From: Acidimicrobiia bacterium
GTDB lineage: Bacteria > Actinomycetota > Acidimicrobiia > Spongiisociales > Spongiisociaceae
Assembly: GCA_041576165.1 (NCBI GenBank)
Contig: JBFGLM010000062.1
Span: 1 to 24,445 of the forward strand
Length of the DNA: 24,445 nucleotides
Reading direction: 5' to 3'
The stretch's first letter is position 1, and every line of letters starts with the position of its first letter. The translations under genes were made by a program, and so were the position numbers. This document shows positions 1 through 9,022 of this stretch, in pieces. Below the pieces are notes generated by a model. The model had not been told where the DNA came from, ran no database searches, and was given only the letters and a program-made list of their open reading frames with translations.

Positions 1-145
1 ACACCCTGATACACCGGCACTTCGGATAAGTCACTTCCCGGACCCAACACCAACACTACGACCAACCCGGCAACGCTGCACGGGCCAACCCGCCGCGCTC
101 ACCAAACCAGAGAAACTCCCCCTTGACACAAAGAGGCATCGGTCT
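1..145 (+). mobile_element. Probable 3' non-coding right end of an IS110/IS1111-family insertion sequence (transposase lies outside the window)
   Basis: ACACCGGCACTTCGGATAAGTCACTTCCCGGACCC (11-45), a C/A-rich spacer, then CCTTGACACAAAGAGGCATCG (121-141) with a perfect TTGACA at 123-128. This resembles, from memory, the downstream non-coding ends of actinobacterial IS110 elements. The right boundary is approximate. Confidence 0.5.
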
Positions 146-189
146 GTGCTATTCCGCCATGCGAGCGTTCTCGTCCGGGATCAGGCGTT

Positions 190-360
190 ATGCCACGTCC
201 CGAGCCACACGTTTACCGATTCGGCGAGAAACTTTGGATGGCCGATGGCTACGAATCTTCGGCGGACGAGTTCGTGGTCGCTTGGCACAAACGCGACCAG
301 ATTCTCGTCGGCTCGCGGCCCAGGCGCGGCCCAGAGCTGACGGTGGACGCTCAGGATTGA
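190..360 (+). CDS. Small hypothetical ORF or 3' gene fragment (56 aa, MPRPEPHVYRFGEKLWMADGYESSADEFVVAWHKRDQILV...)
   Basis: Translated by hand (below the ORF-track cutoff). Most codons end in G/C and the composition is protein-like. No family recognised. Confidence 0.3.
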   Translation: MPRPEPHVYRFGEKLWMADGYESSADEFVVAWHKRDQILVGSRPRRGPELTVDAQD

Positions 361-536
361 CTTGGTCTCGCCTCGAACTCCGCCGGTGGAATCACCGGGG
401 GATCCTGCTCATTCCACTCGAGAAGGTCGGCATAACCGCTGACGATGTAGTCGACGTCGTGAGCCTGGGCCAGGTGGATCACATAGTCGCCGTCAGGGTC
501 CCGGGTCAGCGCCGGAGGTCCTGGGCATGCGCTCAC
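351..536 (-). pseudogene. Decayed PIN-domain (VapC-like, TIGR00305-type) toxin remnant
   Basis: PPALTRDPDGDYVIHLAQAHDVDYIVSGYADLLEW matches the C-terminal PIN pattern RDPDDxxxxxxA....DYIVSGDxDLL, with two conserved Asp replaced (D>G, D>Y). There is an in-frame stop upstream near 582-584. Confidence 0.7.
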
Positions 537-784
537 CAGCGTACCGGGGCCGGGGCTACGGGCGGTTCGAGGTTTCGCTGATCAGCAGCGGTTGGCGTGA
601 TTGGGTTCAACCGCAGAAGCAACGATCTCCGCACACTGGGTCGGACACGCGGCAAGGACATGCCTGTCGGAGCGGCAATCCGTGCAAGCATCCAGCGGAA
701 GGAGGAACGGCCCGGCGGTCGATTCGGAAGTCTCGCGGCTCTCTAGTTCATCCGGGGGAACGCGAACGGCTGGGCACCTGTCGT

Positions 785-2284
785 TCAGTCCGAGACCAAA
801 TAGGCCTCGGCCACGAGCTGGTGTGCTAATCGTAGGGCCTCCTCGGCGGTGTGCTCGTCCTGATCAGCCGCTACCCGCCCGAGCTCGCGGAGATCGGCGA
901 GCTCTGGCTTAACCGGCGCTCCGACCAGCGTCACCGCGTCGACGGCCGCCACGGCGACGATCACCGCCTGTTGGCGGTCGCCGCGTGCCGCGAGGGCTTC
1001 GGCCGTCTCGAGCAGCCGCAATGGAAGGGTCATTGGAGCCGCGGCGGACTCGATCCGAGCTGCGCTCCTCCGCTGAATCACGCGTTCGATCGCCACGATG
1101 CCGAGCCCCGCGGACAGGACCGCGGCGCCGAGCCAACCGGGGGCGCTACTCACCACGGCTGCGAGAGCGCCTGCGGCCCATGCCAGCTCGAGACGGGTCT
1201 CCAGACCGGCGTATGCCTGGCCCCGCCGAGCGTGGGGTGCCTCGGTTTGCACTACGTAGTCGAAGGCTCGCCGGGCCACACTGCCGCTGATCCCGACGAC
1301 GAAAACGAGCGCGACCGCGCTCACGCGATGGAAGCGGAGCGCAGTGACCAGCGCCATGACCGTCGGACTTGCCAGCGCGGCCGACAGCATCACCTGCTCC
1401 CCGACGAGTCGGCGCAGCCTCGGGGCGAGGAACGTCCCGGCAAAAGCGCCCAGGCCGATCGAGATGGCCAGCAGACCGAAGAGCCATGCCGGCTCGCCGG
1501 TCCGCTTCATCACGAAGCCGACGTGGAACAGCAGAAAGCCGGTCGCGGCCCGGAGGCTGGCCATCCCGAGCGTGGCAGACCGCACGCCGGGGCTGGACAG
1601 CTCCAACTGCTCGACGATCGGAGAGGCGTTTTCCCAGGGATGAGGGGGAGGCAGACGAAGGGCGAGGAGAGCCCCTACGCCATAGGCCGCCGCACCGGCC
1701 CGCAGGACCCATCCGGCGCTCAAGGACTCCAGGATGGCCACGGCCACCAGAGCAGCTACCGCTCCGGCCACTGCGCTGATCCGGGCCAACCGCGAGTTGA
1801 CCACGACGAGGAGGGAGTGGTCGGTCACGAGCACCGGCACCAGAGAGTTCCGTGAGACGTTGAACACCTTGGCCAGCACCAGGATCGCAAAGGCCAGCGG
1901 GTAGAGCAGCAGCCCCTTCAGTTGGGTGGCGAGGAGCAGCGCGAGCAGAGCTCGGCCCCCGAGAGCGCCCAGCAGCACCATCCGATGGCCGCCGCGGACC
2001 CGGTCGATCAGCGGTCCGATGAGCGGAGCCAGCACCAGGAAGGGGGCCATCGTGACAGCGAGATACAGCACGATCCGGGGTCGGGCTGCGTCGAGCGAGA
2101 CGTCGAAGAACAGGGAGCCGACGAGCGATACAGCGAACATGGTGTCGCCGAAACTGTGAAGCGCCTGCACAGGCAGGAGCCGGCCCGCATCGCCGTCGCC
2201 GGACGGCGGCAGATCGTCAAACCCGTCGGACGTCAGGCGACGGATCCACCTCATAGCCGACAGGCGCGTGGTTGCCGGGCTCAT
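785..2284 (-). CDS. MFS-type transporter with a C-terminal soluble helical extension
   Basis: 499 aa with about 12 hydrophobic segments and a motif A-like GPLIDRVRGGHR. The start overlaps the upstream lipoprotein stop (ATGA at 2281-2284). Confidence 0.85.
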   Translation of the reverse strand: MSPATTRLSAMRWIRRLTSDGFDDLPPSGDGDAGRLLPVQALHSFGDTMFAVSLVGSLFFDVSLDAARPRIVLYLAVTMAPFLVLAPLIGPLIDRVRGGHRMVLLGALGGRALLALLLATQLKGLLLYPLAFAILVLAKVFNVSRNSLVPVLVTDHSLLVVVNSRLARISAVAGAVAALVAVAILESLSAGWVLRAGAAAYGVGALLALRLPPPHPWENASPIVEQLELSSPGVRSATLGMASLRAATGFLLFHVGFVMKRTGEPAWLFGLLAISIGLGAFAGTFLAPRLRRLVGEQVMLSAALASPTVMALVTALRFHRVSAVALVFVVGISGSVARRAFDYVVQTEAPHARRGQAYAGLETRLELAWAAGALAAVVSSAPGWLGAAVLSAGLGIVAIERVIQRRSAARIESAAAPMTLPLRLLETAEALAARGDRQQAVIVAVAAVDAVTLVGAPVKPELADLRELGRVAADQDEHTAEEALRLAHQLVAEAYLVSD

Positions 2285-2805
2285 AGTTCTCCCACCAAGC
2301 TCTCGGGTTCGACCCGCTCGGGTGGTTCGATCAGCACCATCGTCTGGCCGCTTCGAAAAAGCCGGAAACGGTAACCGACGACACTGTCCAAGGTCTTGTA
2401 GACCTCGGCCCGGATCTCGATGGGTCCGTCGACGGGAACGACACCGAGCCCGAGGAGGAGCCCGCCATCGCGCACAGGTGCGCCGACCTCTGACTCGTCC
2501 ACTGCCTCGGTTCGAATGTCGACAAACCGGACGTCAACGGCCGGCTCGAAATGACGCACGACTTCCACCTGCACGTCGAGGTCGATCTCGTCGGGCCCCA
2601 GACTGTCGACATAGACGGGTGACCTGTCATCGAGTGCCGGATCGGGGGCGAACTCCGACTCGGCGAGCACCCACTCGATAACCACGACGTAGACGTCGGC
2701 GACCCCGCCGTCTCGGCCTCCGTCGTCGTCAGCGCATCCAGCCAGGAGGGCGCCGCAGAGGAGGATTACCACGGCGGCACGACGGGGAGTCGCGCGGCGC
2801 AACAC
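2281..2805 (-). CDS. Putative lipoprotein
   Basis: Basic N-terminus, hydrophobic stretch and LAGC lipobox, followed by an acidic mature domain. Translationally coupled to the MFS gene. Confidence 0.8.
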   Translation of the reverse strand: MLRRATPRRAAVVILLCGALLAGCADDDGGRDGGVADVYVVVIEWVLAESEFAPDPALDDRSPVYVDSLGPDEIDLDVQVEVVRHFEPAVDVRFVDIRTEAVDESEVGAPVRDGGLLLGLGVVPVDGPIEIRAEVYKTLDSVVGYRFRLFRSGQTMVLIEPPERVEPESLVGEL

Positions 2806-2811
2806 CCAGCC

Positions 2812-2817
2812 AGGGTA
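2812..2817 (-). promoter_or_regulatory. -10 element (TACCCT) of a leaderless promoter for the lipoprotein-MFS operon
   Basis: TANNNT lies 6 nt upstream of the GTG start at 2805, with no obvious SD sequence. Confidence 0.55.
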
Positions 2818-2910
2818 GCCAGCGACGCCGAAGCCGCTCTCGTGCTTCAGGACGTGGATATCGACCTGTTCATTCGAGAGGTCCGAAATGCTCGTTCATC
2901 AGGTCCCGCT

Positions 2911-4443
2911 TCACGTCGAGGCCGTCTCGGGCGCACCCGCCTCGTTAGGCGTCTCTGCGACCTGGACCCGGTCGCCTCCTGCGTGCTTGGCCCTGTACAT
3001 CGCCTCATCGGCGGCGTGAACCAACCCAGCCATGTCGGCTCCGTGATCCGGATGCATGGCCACCCCGACCGTGAGGGTGACCGCGCTCAAGATTGAGCCC
3101 TCGTACACGATGGCGAACCGGTGAGCGGCCTGGCGGATCTCCTCCGCACGGAGGACTGTCACGTCGAGCGAGCTCTCGGGGAGCAAGACGACGAACTCGT
3201 CTCCACCGTAGCGGCACCCCACGTCTTCGACTCGGGTGAGGGTATGGAGCAAGCCACCTAGCTCGCGCATCAGCGCATCGCCCCCCGCGTGGCCGAACGT
3301 ATCGTTGAACTGTTTGAAGTGGTCGATGTCCAGCATCATTAGGCCGAAGGGCTTGCCGCTGCGCGCAGAGCGGCTGATCTCGCGCTCGAGCGTTTCTTCC
3401 AGGTATCGACGGTTGAACAGGCCCGTGAGCGGATCCCTGATGGACTGATCCCGAAGCTCGCTGCGAAGCCGCATGTTCGTGAGGGCTAGCCCAAGATGCT
3501 CGCCTACGGATATAGCGAGCACCTCGCTCGCCGAGCTCGAGGGCGGAGTGGTGGAGAGCGTCGCGGTCCCCGAGGCGGCGAGGACGAGGAGGCCGGTCGC
3601 TTTCCCTTGAGCGATGAGCGGGACACACAGGAAGGCCTCGACGTCATTCGCCACGTGCGAGCAGCGCGGAGACACGTTCTCCGCGAGACTCCCGTGCCGC
3701 CGCCCATGGCGCAACGCCCAGCAACCCTCGGGTGAGAACACCTCGTCACCCCAGGTTCCACTGCCCCAGGTGGCCATCGCTTCCACGACGCTTCCGGATT
3801 CATTCTGCAAGAAGAGTCCGCCGGAGAAGTCCCCGAACAACCGCGAACCAAAACTGGCGGCGATTTCGAAGACCTCGTCCGAAGACTCAACGGTGTGGAG
3901 ATACTCGACCATCTCGCCCACGAGGGTCAGCTCACGGTTGCGCCGTTCCAGCTCCGCCTCCGCAAGCACGTGTCCGGTCACATCCCGCCACCCAACTACC
4001 AATCCATCGCCAATTCTCGCGGCACGAACCTCATAGGCACGGACGAGTAGCTTCCCGCCGTGCTTGGCATCCTCGTGTTCCAGCGACTGTGAAGCCAGTG
4101 GCTCGCCTGTCTCCACGACGTGGCAGAAGTCATCGAAGAACTCCCACTTATGGTTCTCCGCGAGGGTCTCAACGAGACCTTCGGCTACCTCGCGCTGCGG
4201 AGCGGCGCCGGTAATAACGCGTGCCGCGTTGTTCAAATAATCTATTCGGAAGTCGACGATCCGGCCGGCCTTGTCCCGGATAGCGGTGAACGTGCCGAAC
4301 GCGTCAAGCAGATGCTCGAACGAGTGCAGGATCCATCTCTCGGGCTCGGTTGGCTCGCGCACAGATCCGCCCCCCGTTGGGTCGATGACGGAGGCAGGCT
4401 TCGCGGGCGGGTCGGTGGATGACATCCTGAGGTGCTGCTCCAC
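2911..4443 (-). CDS. Diguanylate cyclase (PAS-like + GAF + GGDEF)
   Basis: DPLTGLFNRRY, DIDHFKQFNDTFGH, intact RYGGDEF with an RVED I-site, and a GAF segment (CWALRHG, LCVPLIAQG). An alternative ATG start is at 4425. Confidence 0.93.
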   Translation of the reverse strand: MEQHLRMSSTDPPAKPASVIDPTGGGSVREPTEPERWILHSFEHLLDAFGTFTAIRDKAGRIVDFRIDYLNNAARVITGAAPQREVAEGLVETLAENHKWEFFDDFCHVVETGEPLASQSLEHEDAKHGGKLLVRAYEVRAARIGDGLVVGWRDVTGHVLAEAELERRNRELTLVGEMVEYLHTVESSDEVFEIAASFGSRLFGDFSGGLFLQNESGSVVEAMATWGSGTWGDEVFSPEGCWALRHGRRHGSLAENVSPRCSHVANDVEAFLCVPLIAQGKATGLLVLAASGTATLSTTPPSSSASEVLAISVGEHLGLALTNMRLRSELRDQSIRDPLTGLFNRRYLEETLEREISRSARSGKPFGLMMLDIDHFKQFNDTFGHAGGDALMRELGGLLHTLTRVEDVGCRYGGDEFVVLLPESSLDVTVLRAEEIRQAAHRFAIVYEGSILSAVTLTVGVAMHPDHGADMAGLVHAADEAMYRAKHAGGDRVQVAETPNEAGAPETAST

Positions 4444-4548
4444 TGGCGAGATTGTCCATTATTACAGCTGCAATCCCCAGATCTCGGACGTTTCAACGTG
4501 GAGCGGCTTGTGAAAGCCGGCTGATACGCCCGCCATCCATGCACCTGT

Positions 4549-4589
4549 GAAAGCGAAGACCCGGCGTCTGGCGCCGGGTCTTTGCTTTC
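4549..4589. terminator. Intrinsic terminator downstream of groEL (potentially bidirectional)
   Basis: Inverted repeat GAAAGCGAAGACCCGGCG (4549-4566) / CGCCGGGTCTTTGCTTTC (4572-4589), about 20 nt past the groEL stop. Confidence 0.85.
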
Positions 4590-4609
4590 TCGAACTGCGT
4601 CTCAGTTCG

Positions 4610-6256
<1,647 letters not shown>

Positions 6257-6544
6257 CTAGCGGATAACCGCGAGCACGTCGCGGGCGGACAGGATCAAAA
6301 ACTCCCGGCCTTCAAACTTGATTTCTGTACCGCCGTACTTCGAGTAGACGACAACATCGCCTTCTTTGACATCCAGCGGAACGCGCTCCCCGTCCTGAAA
6401 CTCACCTGGTCCCACTGCCATGACGTCGCCGAGCTGCGGCTTCTCTTTGGCAGTATCCGGGATCACGAGGCCGGATGGTGTGCTCGAGTTCTCATCTTCT
6501 TTGGGTTCAACAATGATGCGGTCGCCCAGCGGCTGCAACTTCAT
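6257..6544 (-). CDS. groES: Co-chaperonin GroES
   Basis: [36 protein letters not shown]; SD AGGGAGGGG upstream. Confidence 0.99.
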   Translation of the reverse strand: MKLQPLGDRIIVEPKEDENSSTPSGLVIPDTAKEKPQLGDVMAVGPGEFQDGERVPLDVKEGDVVVYSKYGGTEIKFEGREFLILSARDVLAVIR

Positions 6545-6559
6545 ACGAATCCCCTCCCT

Positions 6560-6615
6560 TTAGCACTCGTTACTTACGAGTGCCAAATCTAGCAGTCTCG
6601 ACCCGAGAGTGCTAA
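6560..6615. promoter_or_regulatory. Two tandem CIRCE elements (HrcA operators) overlapping the groESL promoter
   Basis: TTAGCACTC-N9-GAGTGCCAA (6560-6586) and CTAGCAGTC-N9-GAGTGCTAA (6589-6615). Minus-strand promoter TAGCAC (6614-6609)-N17-TAGATT (6591-6586). Confidence 0.95.
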
Positions 6616-6785
6616 TCACGTTCTCGACTGCATCATCGCGGCAGCAGCCAATTCCGAGAGCCATCCGGGTTCGCAATCTCGTGGTCGAGCGCGGCCCATA
6701 GGCCACGGCGTACTCCTTCAAAGTACGCCAGGAGAGAGGCTCGACCCAATCCGAGGAGGACAGGCGTCATCCCTCTGATCCGTAG

Positions 6786-7142
6786 TCAGAAAGGCGGCGT
6801 CGAGGACCGGCGTCGCCGCCGCAACCGACTGACCTCCTCAGTGGCGATCCGCATCGCCTCGTCCTCGTCGATATCCGAGCCGGCCGCGGTCTCGTCGAGC
6901 ACACGCCGCGCCTCGCGGGTGTAGTACACCCACGCGGACTGGCGTGACATCCCCAGGCTCTCGCCGATCTGGTCCCAGGTGGCGCCCTGGCTGCGCGCTA
7001 CCTCTACCCGCTCACGCCGCAGCGCTTCGAGCTCCACATCCGCCCGCAACAGCTCTCGCAGCGCCTCAAGCGGATCTGCCGGCAAAGAGTCGACATCAAT
7101 CACCCTCGCTAGACCAATCCTGGAAGTGCCGTTATCGAGCAC
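6786..7142 (-). CDS. Small HTH DNA-binding protein, possible antitoxin
   Basis: PLEALREL...ARSQGATWDQIGESLGMSRQSAW is a typical actinobacterial HTH, followed by an acidic/basic tail DIDEDEAMRIATEEVSRLRRRR. Start uncertain (GTG at 7142 or about 7103). Confidence 0.75.
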   Translation of the reverse strand: MLDNGTSRIGLARVIDVDSLPADPLEALRELLRADVELEALRRERVEVARSQGATWDQIGESLGMSRQSAWVYYTREARRVLDETAAGSDIDEDEAMRIATEEVSRLRRRRRSSTPPF

Positions 7143-7231
7143 TCGGCGGAGGGTGCGATATGGCGCCGGACTTGGTGATCGGCTCGGTGTGGGAGAGCCC
7201 GGGCCCGTGCCGGCGGTGGTGACCCTGTTGG

Positions 7232-7879
7232 TCAGTCCCGGGGCATTACACCGAGCAGGACGACGTCGCTGATGTCGGCGACGAGCCGTGCTCGTTGCTC
7301 TTCATCTGAGATGTCGATGTCGAGGAAGGTGCGGAGAGCAACATCAGCCGATCCGAGACAGGCGAGGGCGATGTCGAGGGCGATGAGCGCTTTCGGGTTC
7401 ACGGACCGAAGCGCCTTTCCGGTGACGAGGGATTCCAGTTGCGAGATTGCCTCTGTTCGCATTGACAGAGTTGCGTCGGCCAGGTACGCCAGGCGCTCGT
7501 CTGCGCCGTCCGAGGCGTCCATGAGGATGGCGCCGGACAGTCCCGGCCTGGTCATGGCTCGTTCGAGACGAGTGGCGACGACGGCCCCCAGGCCGCCCCC
7601 CGGCTCGGCCGCCAGTTGCTCGCGGGACGTGGCAAGGCGAGGGACGAGCACCTCGTCAACGACGGCCTCCCAGAGGGCCTGCTTGGTCAGAAAGTGGTGT
7701 TGCACGGTGCCGTGAGTGACGCCGGCCTCGCGGCCCAGGCCACGAATGGACGTCGCGTTGAACCCCCGAGCCGCGATCATCCCCATCGCGGTCTCCAGCA
7801 GCTCCGCACGGGTGATGACGGGCCCTGTTTCGTCGGATGGCCGGCCGGGACGGCGACCAATTGGGTCGGTTTCGCCCAC
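7232..7879 (-). CDS. TetR/AcrR family transcriptional regulator
   Basis: N-terminal GRP...ELLETAMGMIAARGFNATSIRGLGREAGVTHGTVQHHFLTKQALW TetR HTH; 215 aa; divergent from two membrane genes. Confidence 0.93.
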   Translation of the reverse strand: MGETDPIGRRPGRPSDETGPVITRAELLETAMGMIAARGFNATSIRGLGREAGVTHGTVQHHFLTKQALWEAVVDEVLVPRLATSREQLAAEPGGGLGAVVATRLERAMTRPGLSGAILMDASDGADERLAYLADATLSMRTEAISQLESLVTGKALRSVNPKALIALDIALACLGSADVALRTFLDIDISDEEQRARLVADISDVVLLGVMPRD

Positions 7880-7907
7880 TCGAGTTCCTTCCTCGTGACG
7901 TCTCTTG

Positions 7908-7955
7908 CGGTTGACATATTACGACCGGTTCCTCTATTAATACGGCTGACATATT
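7908..7955. promoter_or_regulatory. Divergent promoter with putative TetR operator sites
   Basis: AT-rich intergenic region with TTGACA at 7911-7916, direct repeat CGG(T/C)TGACATATT at 7908-7920 and 7943-7955, and imperfect palindrome AATACGGCTGACATATT at 7939-7955. Confidence 0.6.
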
Positions 7956-7976
7956 CGAAGTTTGCAGGGAGAAACG

Positions 7977-8339
7977 ATGAAGGAATGGTTTCGGACCGGA
8001 CGGTCCATCATGGTGGTGGCCGCCGCCTGGAACATCCTCGACGCGTTGTTGCACGTGGCCATCGACGAGATCGACCTACTTCGGATGGCCGGTAACGCCG
8101 TGGTGCTGGTGGCGACCTTGTTGACCTACCGGCCCGGCGTGCGGGGCGACATCGTTGCTGCGGTCGCAGCCGCCATCGTCGCCGCTCTCAACCTGGCGTT
8201 CTTCATCGATCGGGGAGAGGTGCCAGTTGCCGCGTTCGTTCTCGTTACCGTCAGCCTCGTGCTTCTAGGAGTTGCCGCATGGCGCTTCCGGGCCGAGGAG
8301 GGCAAAGCCGGGGCCACCGGCGAAGCTGCCGATGCGTGA
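7977..8339 (+). CDS. Small integral membrane protein (about 4 TM)
   Basis: ATG at 7977 preceded by GGGAGA; four hydrophobic segments; stop overlaps the next start. Confidence 0.75.
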   Translation: MKEWFRTGRSIMVVAAAWNILDALLHVAIDEIDLLRMAGNAVVLVATLLTYRPGVRGDIVAAVAAAIVAALNLAFFIDRGEVPVAAFVLVTVSLVLLGVAAWRFRAEEGKAGATGEAADA

Positions 8340-8793
8340 CTTCCGATACCTGCTAGCCACACCGGAGCAGGGCTACCGAGGCAGCAAAGGGTCGTTCTGG
8401 TTCCTCGTCGCCATTTCGGTGCTGGTGACGGTTAGGAGCCTCATCCACATGTTCGCCCCCGACGGGGGAGCCAACAGCATCGCCGGGATCACCGTCGAAG
8501 GCGACGCCGGCGACAACCTGGTCCACCTGTTCGCCCAATGGGGCCTGGAACAGCTCATCCTGGCGATCGTTGCTTGGGTCGTCATCATCCGCTACCGGTT
8601 CCTCGTCCCCTTCGTGCTGCTACTCCAACTCTTCGACTGGTTCATGCGAGGGGTGATGGGCGAGCTCAAACCGCTCGTCGTCGATTCCATGCCACCGGGT
8701 GGGATCGGAAACATCATCTTCGTGCCCCTCGTTGCCATTGCCCTGTGGTTCTCGCTCCCCAAGGCCGATGACCGGGCCACAGCTCCGGCGTGA
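8332..8793 (+). CDS. Integral membrane protein of unknown function (about 4 TM)
   Basis: ATG at 8332 overlaps the upstream gene. Hydrophobic segments flank motif-like RSLIHMFAPDGGANSIAGI and LFAQWGLEQL; strong GC3 bias. Confidence 0.8.
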   Translation: MRDFRYLLATPEQGYRGSKGSFWFLVAISVLVTVRSLIHMFAPDGGANSIAGITVEGDAGDNLVHLFAQWGLEQLILAIVAWVVIIRYRFLVPFVLLLQLFDWFMRGVMGELKPLVVDSMPPGGIGNIIFVPLVAIALWFSLPKADDRATAPA

Positions 8794-9022
8794 GGTGCGT
8801 GCCCCGCCTGGGGTCTGACACCTGACTAATCGAACAGGACAAACGCAAGCATTCCCTGGCGGGACTGGATCGAACCCGAGCGTTCTCACGGTCCGAGGCG
8901 GGGAATCCAGCGCAGATCACTCACCGCCCGGAGCGATCTGGCGCACCGTGATCCGAGCCGAACCGGCAATCTGCGCTACCGAGAGATTATCTGGATGGCC
9001 CGGCATGGAGAGTGCCGGCACG

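Noticed and set aside
4444-4548. c-di-GMP riboswitch upstream of the cyclase
   Set aside because: There is a GNRA hairpin only on the non-coding strand, and no GEMM consensus on the coding strand.
8810-8849. GGGGTCTGAC...ACGCAAG resembling a Tn3-family terminal inverted repeat
   Set aside because: Only the first 10 nt match well, the length is off, and there is no partner repeat, transposase or resolvase in the window.
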